A DNA stretch of 32,000 nucleotides from Mycobacterium tuberculosis H37Rv (GTDB lineage Bacteria; Actinomycetota; Actinomycetes; Mycobacteriales; Mycobacteriaceae): contig NC_000962.3 in NCBI RefSeq assembly GCF_000195955.2, positions 2,490,001 through 2,522,000 on the forward strand, given 5' to 3'. Within the stretch, counting starts at the first letter, position 1; each line of letters opens with the position of its first letter. Of the stretch, positions 1 to 10,820 are shown piece after piece. The notes under the pieces are model-generated. The model was not told where the DNA came from and searched no databases. It saw only the letters and a list, made by a program, of their open reading frames with translations. The position numbers and the translations under genes were made by a program.

Positions 1-2353
1 CGTTGCGGCCCTCGGGTCGCAAATTGGCGTCGAGCTCCAGCGGCGGATCGACGCTGGGTGTCCCCAGCAGCGCCCGAACCCGCTCGGCGATCGATGTCGA
101 CCATTTCACCGCCCGTGCATCGTCGACGCCGGTGGCCGGCTCACAGACGAACATCACGTCGGCATCCGACCCGTAGCCCAACTCGGCACCACCCAGCCGA
201 CCCATGCCGATGACCGCGATGGCCGCCGGGGCGCGATCGTCGTCGGGAAGGCTGGCCCGGATCATGACGTCCAGCGCGGCCTGCAGCACCGCCACCCACA
301 CCGACGTCAACGCCCGGCACACCTCGGTGACCTCGAGCAGGCCGAGCAGGTCCGCCGAACCGATGCGGGCCAGCTCTCGACGACGCAGCGTGCGCGCGCC
401 GGCGATGGCCCGCTCCGGGTCGGGGTAGCGGCTCGCCGAGGCGATCAGCGCCCGAGCCACGGCGGCGGGCTCGGTCTCGAGCAGCTTCGGGCCCGCAGGC
501 CCGTCCTCGTACTGCTGGATGACCCGCGGCGCGCGCATCAACAGATCCGGCACATACGCCGAGGTACCCAAGACATGCATGAGCCGCTTGGCCACCGCGG
601 GCTTGTCCCGCAGCGTGGCCAGGTACCAGCTTTCGGTGGCCAGCGCCTCACTGAGCCGCCGGTAGGCCAGCAGTCCGCCGTCGGGATCGGGGGCATACGA
701 CATCCAGTCCAGCAGCCTGGGCAGCAGCACCGACTGCACCCGTCCGCGCCGGCCGCTTTGATTGACCAACGCCGACATGTGTTTCAACGCGGTCTGCGGT
801 CCCTCGTAGCCCAGCGCGGCCAGCCGGCGCCCCGCGGCCTCCAACGTCATGCCGTGGGCGATCTCCAACCCGGTCGGGCCGATCGATTCCAGCAGCGGTT
901 GATAGAAGAGTTTGGTGTGTAACTTCGACACCCGCACGTTCTGCTTCTTGAGTTCCTCCCGCAGCACCCCGGCCGCATCGTTTCGGCCATCGGGCCGGAT
1001 GTGGGCCGCGCGCGCCAGCCAGCGCACTGCCTCCTCGTCTTCGGGATCGGGAAGCAGGTGGGTGCGCTTGAGCCGCTGCAACTGCAGTCGGTGCTCGAGC
1101 AGCCTGAGGAACTCATACGACGCGGTCATGTTCGCCGCGTCCTCACGCCCGATGTAGCCGCCTTCGCCCAACGCCGCCAATGCGTCCACCGTGGACGCCA
1201 CCCGTAACGACTCGTCGCTACGGGCATGAACCAGCTGCAGTAGCTGTACGGCGAACTCCACGTCGCGCAATCCGCCGCTGCCGAGTTTGAGCTCGCGGCC
1301 GCGGACATCGGCGGGCACCAGCTGCTCCACCCGCCGCCGCATGGCCTGCACCTCGACCACAAAGTCTTCGCGCTCGCAGGCTCGCCACACCATCGGCATC
1401 AAGGCGGTCAGGTAACGCTCGCCAAGTTCCGCGTCGCCAACGACTGGCCGTGCTTTCAGCAACGCCTGAAACTCCCAGGTCTTGGCCCAGCGCTGGTAGT
1501 AGGCGATGTGCGACTCGAGCGTACGGACCAGCTCCCCGTTGCGCCCCTCCGGACGCAGGGCGGCGTCCACCTCGAAAAAGGCCGCCGAGGCCACCCGCAT
1601 CATCTCGCTGGCCACGCGCGCGTTGCGCGGGTCGGAGCGCTCGGCAACGAATATGACATCGACGTCGCTGACGTAGTTCAGTTCGCGCGCACCGCACTTG
1701 CCCATCGCGATGACCGCCAGGCGCGGTGGCGGGTGCTCGCCGCACACGCTCGCCTCGGCCACGCGCAGCGCCGCCGCCAGAGCGGCGTCCGCGGCGTCCG
1801 CCAGGCGTGCGGCCACCACGGTGAATGGCAGCACCGGTTCGTCCTCGACCGTCGCGGCCAGGTCGAGAGCGGCCAGCATTAGCACGTAGTCGCGGTACTG
1901 GGTTCGCAATCGGTGCACGAGCGAGCCCGGCATACCCTCCGATTCCTCGACGCACTCGACGAACGACCGCTGCAGCTGGTCATGGGACGGCAGTGTGACC
2001 TTGCCCCGCAGCAATTTCCAGGACTGCGGATGGGCGACCAGGTGATCGCCCAACGCCAGCGACGAGCCCAGCACCGAGAACAGCCGCCCGCGCAGACTGC
2101 GTTCGCGCAGCAGAGCCGCGTTGAGCTCGTCCCATCCGGTGTCTGGATTCTCCGACAGCCGGATCAAGGCGCGCAGCGCGGCATCGGCGTCCGGAGCGCG
2201 TGACAGCGACCACAGCAGGTCGACGTGCGCCTGATCCTCGTGCCGATCCCACCCCAGCTGAGCCAGACGCTCACCAGCAGGGGGGTCAACTAATCCGAGC
2301 CGGCCAACGCTGGGCAACTTCGGCCGCTGCGTGGCGAGTTTGGTCACGACCAC
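1..2353 (-). CDS. glnE: Glutamine synthetase adenylyltransferase GlnE, N-terminal ~784 codons; the 3' end runs off the left edge of the window
   Basis: Absent from the ORF track because it has no stop codon inside the window. My minus-strand translation from GTG 2353..2351 gives [57 protein letters not shown]. The same frame at positions 58..2 reads [19 protein letters not shown], a GlnE nucleotidyltransferase-type motif. It lies 48 nt downstream of glnA2 on the same strand. An alternative GTG start is at 2347. Confidence 0.92.
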   Translation of the reverse strand, partial: MVVTKLATQRPKLPSVGRLGLVDPPAGERLAQLGWDRHEDQAHVDLLWSLSRAPDADAALRALIRLSENPDTGWDELNAALLRERSLRGRLFSVLGSSLALGDHLVAHPQSWKLLRGKVTLPSHDQLQRSFVECVEESEGMPGSLVHRLRTQYRDYVLMLAALDLAATVEDEPVLPFTVVAARLADAADAALAAALRVAEASVCGEHPPPRLAVIAMGKCGARELNYVSDVDVIFVAERSDPRNARVASEMMRVASAAFFEVDAALRPEGRNGELVRTLESHIAYYQRWAKTWEFQALLKARPVVGDAELGERYLTALMPMVWRACEREDFVVEVQAMRRRVEQLVPADVRGRELKLGSGGLRDVEFAVQLLQLVHARSDESLRVASTVDALAALGEGGYIGREDAANMTASYEFLRLLEHRLQLQRLKRTHLLPDPEDEEAVRWLARAAHIRPDGRNDAAGVLREELKKQNVRVSKLHTKLFYQPLLESIGPTGLEIAHGMTLEAAGRRLAALGYEGPQTALKHMSALVNQSGRRGRVQSVLLPRLLDWMSYAPDPDGGLLAYRRLSEALATESWYLATLRDKPAVAKRLMHVLGTSAYVPDLLMRAPRVIQQYEDGPAGPKLLETEPAAVARALIASASRYPDPERAIAGARTLRRRELARIGSADLLGLLEVTEVCRALTSVWVAVLQAALDVMIRASLPDDDRAPAAIAVIGMGRLGGAELGYGSDADVMFVCEPATGVDDARAVKWSTSIAERVRALLGTPSVDPPLELDANLRPEGRN

Positions 2354-2401
2354 GACGGTAGCGCAAAGCGCGTCGGCGTCGGATCAACCGGTAGATCTGG
2401 G

Positions 2402-3742
2402 CTACAGCGACAGGTAGGTGCGCAGCTCGTATGGCGTGACGTGGCTGCGGTAGTTCGCCCACTCCGTGCGCTTGTTGCGCAAGAAAAAGTCAAAAACGTG
2501 CTCCCCCAAGGCCTCCGCGACGAGTTCGGAGGCCTCCATGGCGCGCAGCGCACTATCCAAACTGGACGGCAATTCTCGGTACCCCATCGCTCGGCGTTCC
2601 TCGGGTGTGAGGTCCCATACGTTGTCCTCGGCCTGCGGGCCCAGCACGTAACCCTTCTCTACACCCCGCAATCCCGCGGCCAGCAGCACGGCGAATGTCA
2701 GATAGGGATTGCACGCCGAATCAGGGCTGCGTACTTCGACCCGCCGCGACGAGGTCTTGTGCGGCGTGTACATCGGCACCCGCACTAGGGCGGATCGGTT
2801 GGCGGCCCCCCACGACGCGGCCGTGGGCGCTTCGCCGCCCTGCACCAGCCGCTTGTAAGAGTTGACCCACTGATTTGTGACCGCGCTGATCTCGCAAGCG
2901 TGCTCCAGGATCCCGGCGATGAACGATTTACCCACTTCCGACAGCTGCAGCGGATCATCAGCGCTGTGGAACGCGTTGACATCACCCTCGAACAGGCTCA
3001 TGTGGGTGTGCATCGCCGAGCCCGGGTGCTGGCCGAATGGCTTGGGCATGAACGACGCCCGGGCGCCCTCTTCCAGCGCGACTTCTTTGATGACGTAGCG
3101 GAAGGTCATCACGTTGTCAGCCATCGACAGAGCGTCGGCAAACCGCAGGTCGATCTCCTGCTGGCCGGGTGCGCCTTCGTGATGGCTGAACTCCACCGAG
3201 ATGCCCATGAATTCCAGGGCATCGATCGCGTGGCGGCGAAAGTTCAAGGCGGAGTCGTGCACCGCTTGGTCGAAATAGCCGGCGTTGTCGACCGGGACGG
3301 GCACCGACCCGTCCTCGGGTCCGGGCTTGAGCAGGAAGAACTCGATTTCGGGATGCACGTAGCAGGAGAAGCCGAGTTCGCCGGCCTTCGTCAGCTGCCG
3401 CCGCAACACGTGCCGCGGGTCCGCCCACGACGGCGAGCCGTCCGGCATGGTGATGTCGCAAAACATCCGCGCTGAGTGGTGGTGGCCGGAACTGGTGGCC
3501 CAGGGCAGCACCTGGAAGGTCGACGGGTCCGGGTGCGCCACCGTATCGGATTCCGAGACCCGCGCAAAGCCCTCGATCGAGGATCCGTCGAAGCCGATGC
3601 CTTCCTCGAAGGCGCCCTCGAGTTCGGCTGGGGCGATGGCGACCGACTTGAGGAAACCGAGCACGTCTGTGAACCACAGCCGGACGAAGCGGATGTCGCG
3701 TTCTTCCAGGGTACGAAGAACGAATTCCTTCTGTCGGTCCAT
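2402..3742 (-). CDS. glnA2: Glutamine synthetase type I, GlnA2 (446 aa from the ATG at 3742; the ORF extends to 3760)
   Basis: The 2402..3760 ORF translates to MDRQKEFVLRTLEERDIRFVRLWFTDVLG...HHEGAPGQQEIDLRF...NPYL, typical GS-I motifs. I chose the internal ATG (MDRQKEF) as the start from family knowledge. Confidence 0.94.
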   Translation of the reverse strand: MDRQKEFVLRTLEERDIRFVRLWFTDVLGFLKSVAIAPAELEGAFEEGIGFDGSSIEGFARVSESDTVAHPDPSTFQVLPWATSSGHHHSARMFCDITMPDGSPSWADPRHVLRRQLTKAGELGFSCYVHPEIEFFLLKPGPEDGSVPVPVDNAGYFDQAVHDSALNFRRHAIDALEFMGISVEFSHHEGAPGQQEIDLRFADALSMADNVMTFRYVIKEVALEEGARASFMPKPFGQHPGSAMHTHMSLFEGDVNAFHSADDPLQLSEVGKSFIAGILEHACEISAVTNQWVNSYKRLVQGGEAPTAASWGAANRSALVRVPMYTPHKTSSRRVEVRSPDSACNPYLTFAVLLAAGLRGVEKGYVLGPQAEDNVWDLTPEERRAMGYRELPSSLDSALRAMEASELVAEALGEHVFDFFLRNKRTEWANYRSHVTPYELRTYLSL

Positions 3743-3836
3743 ACCTCGAACAGTATGCACTGTCTGTTAAAACCGTGTTACCGATGCCCGGCCAGAAGCG
3801 TTGCGGGGCGGCCCGCAAGGGGAGTGCGCGGTGAGT

Positions 3837-5399
3837 TCAGGGCGCGCACCGCAGACTCGTCGGCGGCAAGGTCCCGTCGAGAAAATAGTGCATCACCGCA
3901 GAGTCCACACACTGGTTGCCATCGAACACCGCAGTGTGTTGGGTGCCGTCGAAGGTGATCAGCGGTGCGCCCAGCTGGCGGGCCAGGTCTACCCCGGACT
4001 GATACGGAGTGGCCGGGTCGTGGGTGGTGGACACCACGACGACCTTGCCAGCCCCGGCCGGCGCCGCGGGGTGCGGCGTCGACGTTGCCGGCACCGGCCA
4101 CAGCGCGCACAGATCGCGGGGGGCGGATCCGGTGAACTGCCCGTAGCTAAGGAACGGGGCGACCTGACGGATCCGTTGGTCGGCGGCCACCCAGGCCGCT
4201 GGATCGGCCGGTGTGGGCGCATCGACGCACCGGACCGCGTTGAACGCGTCCTGGTCGTTGCTGTAGTGCCCGTCTGCATCCCGGCCGTCATAGTCGTCGG
4301 CAAGCACCAGCAAGTCGCCGGCGTCGCTGCCGCGCTGCAGCCCCAGCAGACCACTGGTCAGGTACTTCCAGCGCTGAGGGCTGTACAGCGCGTTGATGGT
4401 GCCCGTCGTCGCGTCGGCGTAGCTCAGGCCACGTGGATCCGACGTCTTACCCGGCTTCTGCACCAGCGGGTCAACCAGGGCGTGGTAGCGGTTGACCCAC
4501 TGGGCCGAGTCGGTGCCCAGAGGGCAGGCCGGCGAGCGGGCGCAGTCGGCGGCGTAGTCATTGAAAGCGGTCTGAAATCCCGCCATTTGGCTGATGCTTT
4601 CCTCGATTGGGCTAACGGCTGGATCGATAGCGCCGTCGAGGACCATCGCCCGCACATGAGTACCGAACCGTTCCAGGTAAGCGGTGCCCAACTCGGTGCC
4701 GTAGCTGTATCCGAGGTAGTTGATCTGATCGTCACCTAACGCTTGGCGAACCATGTCCATGTCCCGTGCGACGGACGCGGTACCGATATTGGCCAAGAAG
4801 CTGAAGCCCATCCGGTCAACACAGTCCTGGGCCAACTGCCGGTAGACCTGTTCGACGTGGGTGACACCGGCCGGACTGTAGTCGGCCATCGGATCGCGCC
4901 GGTACGCGTCGAACTCGGCGTCGGTGCGACACCGCAACGCAGGGGTCGAGTGGCCGACCCCTCTCGGGTCGAAGCCCACCAGGTCGAAGTGGCGGAGAAT
5001 GTCGGTGTCGGCGATCGCGGGTGCCATAGCGGCGACCATGTCGACCGCCGACGCCCCGGGTCCCCCAGGATTGACCAGCAGTGCTCCGAATCGCTGTCCC
5101 GTCGCGGGGACGCGGATCACCGCCAACTTCGCTTGTGTCCCACCGGGTTGGTCGTAGTCGACGGGGACGGACACCGTCGCGCAGCGTGCAGTGCGAATTT
5201 CGCTGGTGTCGGCGATGAACTCGCGGCAGCTGTTCCAACTCTGTTGCGGCGCCACGACCGGCGCACCCGGGGTTTGGCCGGCGCCGGGTTCTTCAGTCGC
5301 GCCGGCCAACGGGGGCGCTGCTAGGGGCAGTCCGCCGAGCAGCAACCCGAAGGACAGCAGCGCCGAGCTCAACGGTCTGCGGCGCCACATGGCCGCCAT
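3837..5399 (-). CDS. Secreted alpha/beta-hydrolase, tripeptidyl-aminopeptidase-like serine protease (Rv2223c-like, 520 aa)
   Basis: ORF 3837..5399. N-terminal signal peptide (RRRPLSSALLSFGLLLGGLPLAAPPLAGA). NPGGPG oxyanion-type motif, GYSYG nucleophile elbow, and a C-terminal VVSTTHDPATPY...TFDGTQHT block. It is a paralog of the next gene. Confidence 0.88.
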   Translation of the reverse strand: MAAMWRRRPLSSALLSFGLLLGGLPLAAPPLAGATEEPGAGQTPGAPVVAPQQSWNSCREFIADTSEIRTARCATVSVPVDYDQPGGTQAKLAVIRVPATGQRFGALLVNPGGPGASAVDMVAAMAPAIADTDILRHFDLVGFDPRGVGHSTPALRCRTDAEFDAYRRDPMADYSPAGVTHVEQVYRQLAQDCVDRMGFSFLANIGTASVARDMDMVRQALGDDQINYLGYSYGTELGTAYLERFGTHVRAMVLDGAIDPAVSPIEESISQMAGFQTAFNDYAADCARSPACPLGTDSAQWVNRYHALVDPLVQKPGKTSDPRGLSYADATTGTINALYSPQRWKYLTSGLLGLQRGSDAGDLLVLADDYDGRDADGHYSNDQDAFNAVRCVDAPTPADPAAWVAADQRIRQVAPFLSYGQFTGSAPRDLCALWPVPATSTPHPAAPAGAGKVVVVSTTHDPATPYQSGVDLARQLGAPLITFDGTQHTAVFDGNQCVDSAVMHYFLDGTLPPTSLRCAP

Positions 5400-5460
5400 C
5401 GTCTCACCGGCGAATACCTGTGACGGCGCGAAATGATCACACCTTCGTTTCTTCGCCCCG

Positions 5461-7023
5461 CTAGCACTTGGCGCCGCTGGGCGGCGTGGTGCCGCCGATT
5501 AAATACGCCGTCACGTACTCGTCAATGCAGCTGTCGCCCTGGAATACCACCGTGTGCTGGGTTCCGTCGAAGGTCAGCAACGAACCGCGAAGCTGGTTCG
5601 CCAGGTCGACCCCGGCCTTGTACGGCGTCGCCGGGTCATGGGTGGTGGATACCACCACCGTCGGCACTAGGCCGGGCGCCGAGACGGCATGGGGCTGACT
5701 TGTGGGTGGCACCGGCCAGAACGCGCAGGTGCCCAGCGGCGCATCACCGGTGAACTTCCCGTAGCTCATGAACGGTGCGATCTCCCGGGCGCGGCGGTCT
5801 TCGTCGATGACCTTGTCGCGATCGGTAACCGGGGGCTGATCGACGCAATTGATCGCCACCCGCGCGTCACCGGAATTGTTGTAGCGGCCGTGCGAGTCCC
5901 GACGCATGTACATGTCGGCCAGAGCCAGCAGGGTGTCTCCGCGATTGTCGACCAGCTCCGACAGCCCGTCGGTCAAGTGTTGCCACAGATTCGGTGAGTA
6001 CAGCGCCATAATGGTGCCCACGATGGCGTCGCTATAACTCAGCCCGCGCGGATCCTTCGTGCGCGCCGGCCTGCTGATCCTCGGGTTGTCCGGGTCGACC
6101 AACGGATCGACCAGGCTGTGGTAGACCTCGACGGCTTTGGCCGGGTCGGCGCCCAGCGGGCAGCCCGCGTTCTTGGCGCAGTCGGCGGCATAGTTGTTGA
6201 ACGCGTCCTGGAAGCCCTTGGCCTGGCGCAGCTCCGCCTCGATGGGATCGGCATTGGGGTCGACGGCACCGTCGAGAATCATTGCCCGCACCCGCTGCGG
6301 AAATTCCTCGGCATACGCGGAGCCGATCCGGGTGCCGTACGAGTAGCCCAGGTAGGTCAGCTTGTCGTCGCCCAACGCCGCGCGAATGGCATCCAGGTCC
6401 TTGGCGACGTTGACCGTCCCGACATGGGCCAGAAAGTTCTTGCCCATCTTGTCCACACAGCGACCGACGAATTGCTTGGTCTCGTTCTCGATGTGCGCCA
6501 CACCCTCCCGGCTGTAGTCAACCTGCGGCTCGGCCCGCAGCCGGTCGTTGTCGGCATCGGAGTTGCACCAGATCGCCGGCCGGGACGACGCCACCCCGCG
6601 GGGGTCGAACCCAACCAGGTCGAACCTTTCGTGCACCCGCTTCGGCAATGTCTGGAAGACGCCCAAGGCGGCCTCGATACCGGATTCGCCGGGTCCACCG
6701 GGATTTATGACCAGCGAACCGATCTTGTCTCCCGTCGCCGGAAAGCGAATCAGCGCCAGCGCCGCCACGTCACCATCGGGGCGGTCGTAGTCGACCGGTA
6801 CAGCGAGCTTGCCGCATAACGCGCCGCCGGGGATCTTTACTTGCGGGTTTGACGACCGGCACGGTGTCCACTCCACCGGCTGGCCCAGCTTCGGCTCCGC
6901 CATACGAGCGCGTCCCCCGACCACGCGGATGCAGCCCACAAGAACCAACGCCACGGCGGCGAGCGCGGCCCAGATCAACAGCATGCGCGCGATCTTGTCG
7001 CGGCGAGACAGCCTCATGCCCAC
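5461..7023 (-). CDS. hip1: Cell-envelope serine hydrolase/lipoprotein Hip1 (CaeA, Rv2224c-like, 520 aa)
   Basis: ORF 5461..7023 with a GTG start. The signal peptide has a lipobox (ALVLVGC). It carries the same NPGGPG, GYSYG and VVSTTHDPATPY...TFDGTQHT motifs as the upstream paralog. Confidence 0.9.
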   Translation of the reverse strand: MGMRLSRRDKIARMLLIWAALAAVALVLVGCIRVVGGRARMAEPKLGQPVEWTPCRSSNPQVKIPGGALCGKLAVPVDYDRPDGDVAALALIRFPATGDKIGSLVINPGGPGESGIEAALGVFQTLPKRVHERFDLVGFDPRGVASSRPAIWCNSDADNDRLRAEPQVDYSREGVAHIENETKQFVGRCVDKMGKNFLAHVGTVNVAKDLDAIRAALGDDKLTYLGYSYGTRIGSAYAEEFPQRVRAMILDGAVDPNADPIEAELRQAKGFQDAFNNYAADCAKNAGCPLGADPAKAVEVYHSLVDPLVDPDNPRISRPARTKDPRGLSYSDAIVGTIMALYSPNLWQHLTDGLSELVDNRGDTLLALADMYMRRDSHGRYNNSGDARVAINCVDQPPVTDRDKVIDEDRRAREIAPFMSYGKFTGDAPLGTCAFWPVPPTSQPHAVSAPGLVPTVVVSTTHDPATPYKAGVDLANQLRGSLLTFDGTQHTVVFQGDSCIDEYVTAYLIGGTTPPSGAKC

Positions 7024-7741
7024 AATGCTGCCAGAGCAGACCCGAGATCCTGGCCAGCGGCCACCGTCGGCCGACTAACCGGCCGCTGCCAGCAGTCCTG
7101 CCATCGCCGATGGCGAACTCGTCGGCCATCCCCCATACGTCCGGTAACAGATCCGGGCAAGACACCGACCCGTCGACCGGATCCGGCACGGGCGCGTCGG
7201 CCTCGGCGGTGCACAACTGCGACATCAGGTTGGCGCTGGCACCCCGTCCACGCCGGCATGGTGCACCTTGGCCATCGCCCGAGGGCGATCCCCGATGCCG
7301 TCCACCCCTTCGACGAACCCATCTCCCACGGCGGTCGCCGGCAGCGACGCGATGTGGCCGCAGATCTCCGAGAGTTCGGCCCGCCCGCCCGGCGACGGCA
7401 ACCCGATGCCGTGCAAGTGACGATCGATGTGAGGTTCAAGGTTCAGCGCACTGCTGGCAAGCTTTTTCCGAAACCGCGGCCTCGCCTTGATCTGGAGTCA
7501 GAACGCGTCACGCAGCCGGTCAAAGGCGTAACCCATGCTCGAGCAAACATGCATGGGCTGAGTGGACGTTTCCAGACACAGCAACTGGCGTCCAGGCCAC
7601 TGAGCCGCTGCATGCGCGATGGTATGCCGATGGGGGCCCCGGGCGCGTCTGAGGGGAAGAAGTGGCAGACTGTCAGGGTCCGACGAACCCGGGGACCCTA
7701 ACGGGCCACGAGGATCGACCCGACCACCATTAGGGACAGTG

Positions 7742-8587
7742 ATGTCTGAGCAGACTATCTATGGGGCCAATACCCCCGGAGGCTCCGGGCCGCGGACCAA
7801 GATCCGCACCCACCACCTACAGAGATGGAAGGCCGACGGCCACAAGTGGGCCATGCTGACGGCCTACGACTATTCGACGGCCCGGATCTTCGACGAGGCC
7901 GGCATCCCGGTGCTGCTGGTCGGTGATTCGGCGGCCAACGTCGTGTACGGCTACGACACCACCGTGCCGATCTCCATCGACGAGCTGATCCCGCTGGTCC
8001 GTGGCGTGGTGCGGGGTGCCCCGCACGCACTGGTCGTCGCCGACCTGCCGTTCGGCAGCTACGAGGCGGGGCCCACCGCCGCGTTGGCCGCCGCCACCCG
8101 GTTCCTCAAGGACGGCGGCGCACATGCGGTCAAGCTCGAGGGCGGTGAGCGGGTGGCCGAGCAAATCGCCTGTCTGACCGCGGCGGGCATCCCGGTGATG
8201 GCACACATCGGCTTCACCCCGCAAAGCGTCAACACCTTGGGCGGCTTCCGGGTGCAGGGCCGCGGCGACGCCGCCGAACAAACCATCGCCGACGCGATCG
8301 CCGTCGCCGAAGCCGGAGCGTTTGCCGTCGTGATGGAGATGGTGCCCGCCGAGTTGGCCACCCAGATCACCGGCAAGCTTACCATTCCGACGGTCGGGAT
8401 CGGCGCTGGGCCCAACTGCGACGGCCAGGTCCTGGTATGGCAGGACATGGCCGGGTTCAGCGGCGCCAAGACCGCCCGCTTCGTCAAACGGTATGCCGAT
8501 GTCGGTGGTGAACTACGCCGTGCTGCAATGCAATACGCCCAAGAGGTGGCCGGCGGGGTATTCCCCGCTGACGAACACAGTTTCTGA
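7742..8587 (+). CDS. panB: 3-methyl-2-oxobutanoate hydroxymethyltransferase (ketopantoate hydroxymethyltransferase), 281 aa
   Basis: The ATG at 7742 lies within ORF 7619..8587. The product [14 protein letters not shown]...[37 protein letters not shown]...HAVKLEGG is canonical PanB. The upstream ORF extension is Arg/Gly-rich and non-protein-like. Confidence 0.94.
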   Translation: MSEQTIYGANTPGGSGPRTKIRTHHLQRWKADGHKWAMLTAYDYSTARIFDEAGIPVLLVGDSAANVVYGYDTTVPISIDELIPLVRGVVRGAPHALVVADLPFGSYEAGPTAALAAATRFLKDGGAHAVKLEGGERVAEQIACLTAAGIPVMAHIGFTPQSVNTLGGFRVQGRGDAAEQTIADAIAVAEAGAFAVVMEMVPAELATQITGKLTIPTVGIGAGPNCDGQVLVWQDMAGFSGAKTARFVKRYADVGGELRRAAMQYAQEVAGGVFPADEHSF

Positions 8588-8831
8588 CCAAGCCGAATCA
8601 GCCCGATGCGCGGGCATTGCGGTGGCGCCCTGGATGCCGTCGACGCCGGATTGCCGGCGCGGACGCGCCAGCGGGACCCATCGGCGTCGCGTTCGCCGGT
8701 TGAGCCCGGGGTGAGCCCAGACATTCGATGTGCCCAACACCATCCGCCACAGCCCAATTGATGTGGCACTCTATGCATGCCTATCCCCGACCAACCACCA
8801 CCGCGGCGACGCATCATGACCGGAGGCGAAG

Positions 8832-10373
8832 ATGCCAGTAGAGGCGCCCAGACCAGCGCGCCATCTGGAGGTCGAGCGCAAGTTCGACGTGATCGAGTCG
8901 ACGGTGTCGCCGTCGTTCGAGGGCATCGCCGCGGTGGTTCGCGTCGAGCAGTCGCCGACCCAGCAGCTCGACGCGGTGTACTTCGACACACCGTCGCACG
9001 ACCTGGCGCGCAACCAGATCACCTTGCGGCGCCGCACCGGCGGCGCCGACGCCGGCTGGCATCTGAAGCTGCCGGCCGGACCCGACAAGCGCACCGAGAT
9101 GCGAGCACCGCTGTCCGCATCAGGCGACGCTGTGCCGGCCGAGTTGTTGGATGTGGTGCTGGCGATCGTCCGCGACCAGCCGGTTCAGCCGGTCGCGCGG
9201 ATCAGCACTCACCGCGAAAGCCAGATCCTGTACGGCGCCGGGGGCGACGCGCTGGCGGAATTCTGCAACGACGACGTCACCGCATGGTCGGCCGGGGCAT
9301 TCCACGCCGCTGGTGCAGCGGACAACGGCCCTGCCGAACAGCAGTGGCGCGAATGGGAACTGGAACTGGTCACCACGGATGGGACCGCCGATACCAAGCT
9401 ACTGGACCGGCTAGCCAACCGGCTGCTCGATGCCGGTGCCGCACCTGCCGGCCACGGCTCCAAACTGGCGCGGGTGCTCGGTGCGACCTCTCCCGGTGAG
9501 CTGCCCAACGGCCCGCAGCCGCCGGCGGATCCAGTACACCGCGCGGTGTCCGAGCAAGTCGAGCAGCTGCTGCTGTGGGATCGGGCCGTGCGGGCCGACG
9601 CCTATGACGCCGTGCACCAGATGCGAGTGACGACCCGCAAGATCCGCAGCTTGCTGACGGATTCCCAGGAGTCGTTTGGCCTGAAGGAAAGTGCGTGGGT
9701 CATCGATGAACTGCGTGAGCTGGCCGATGTCCTGGGCGTAGCCCGGGACGCCGAGGTACTCGGTGACCGCTACCAGCGCGAACTGGACGCGCTGGCGCCG
9801 GAGCTGGTACGCGGCCGGGTGCGCGAGCGCCTGGTAGACGGGGCGCGGCGGCGATACCAGACCGGGCTGCGGCGATCACTGATCGCATTGCGGTCGCAGC
9901 GGTACTTCCGTCTGCTCGACGCTCTAGACGCGCTTGTGTCCGAACGCGCCCATGCCACTTCTGGGGAGGAATCGGCACCGGTAACCATCGATGCGGCCTA
10001 CCGGCGAGTCCGCAAAGCCGCAAAAGCCGCAAAGACCGCCGGCGACCAGGCGGGCGACCACCACCGCGACGAGGCATTGCACCTGATCCGCAAGCGCGCG
10101 AAGCGATTACGCTACACCGCGGCGGCTACTGGGGCGGACAATGTGTCACAAGAAGCCAAGGTCATCCAGACGTTGCTAGGCGATCATCAAGACAGCGTGG
10201 TCAGCCGGGAACATCTGATCCAGCAGGCCATAGCCGCGAACACCGCCGGCGAGGACACCTTCACCTACGGTCTGCTCTACCAACAGGAAGCCGACTTGGC
10301 CGAGCGCTGCCGGGAGCAGCTTGAAGCCGCGCTGCGCAAACTCGACAAGGCGGTCCGCAAAGCACGGGATTGA
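8832..10373 (+). CDS. CYTH (triphosphate tunnel metalloenzyme) plus CHAD domain protein, 513 aa (Rv2226-like)
   Basis: ATG at 8832, preceded by GGAGG at 8822..8826. The N-terminal ExExK signature (HLEVERKF) is typical of CYTH. The long helical, Arg/His-rich C-terminal half (HQMRVTTRKIRSLL...LHLIRKRAKRLRY) is typical of CHAD. Confidence 0.85.
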   Translation: MPVEAPRPARHLEVERKFDVIESTVSPSFEGIAAVVRVEQSPTQQLDAVYFDTPSHDLARNQITLRRRTGGADAGWHLKLPAGPDKRTEMRAPLSASGDAVPAELLDVVLAIVRDQPVQPVARISTHRESQILYGAGGDALAEFCNDDVTAWSAGAFHAAGAADNGPAEQQWREWELELVTTDGTADTKLLDRLANRLLDAGAAPAGHGSKLARVLGATSPGELPNGPQPPADPVHRAVSEQVEQLLLWDRAVRADAYDAVHQMRVTTRKIRSLLTDSQESFGLKESAWVIDELRELADVLGVARDAEVLGDRYQRELDALAPELVRGRVRERLVDGARRRYQTGLRRSLIALRSQRYFRLLDALDALVSERAHATSGEESAPVTIDAAYRRVRKAAKAAKTAGDQAGDHHRDEALHLIRKRAKRLRYTAAATGADNVSQEAKVIQTLLGDHQDSVVSREHLIQQAIAANTAGEDTFTYGLLYQQEADLAERCREQLEAALRKLDKAVRKARD

Positions 10374-10383
10374 GCCCGCCAGG

Positions 10384-10820
<437 letters not shown>

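Noticed and set aside
1218-1955. 245-aa minus-strand ORF, and several other 60-120-aa ORFs, inside the glnE region.
   Set aside because: The translation is Arg/Gly/Pro/Ala-rich and low-complexity, in a frame different from the glnE frame. The glnE frame shows genuine motifs at both ends. These are typical off-frame open stretches in high-GC DNA.
8059-8991. 310-aa ORF antisense to panB.
   Set aside because: It is an Arg/Pro/Ser-rich nonsense translation overlapping a well-supported PanB frame. It is a high-GC antisense artefact.
10012-10040. Short tandem-like repeat GCAAAGCC GCAAAAGCC GCAAAGACC inside the CHAD region.
   Set aside because: It has only about three imperfect units encoding RKAAKAAKTA, consistent with a basic helical CHAD segment. 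It is not a VNTR-scale repeat.
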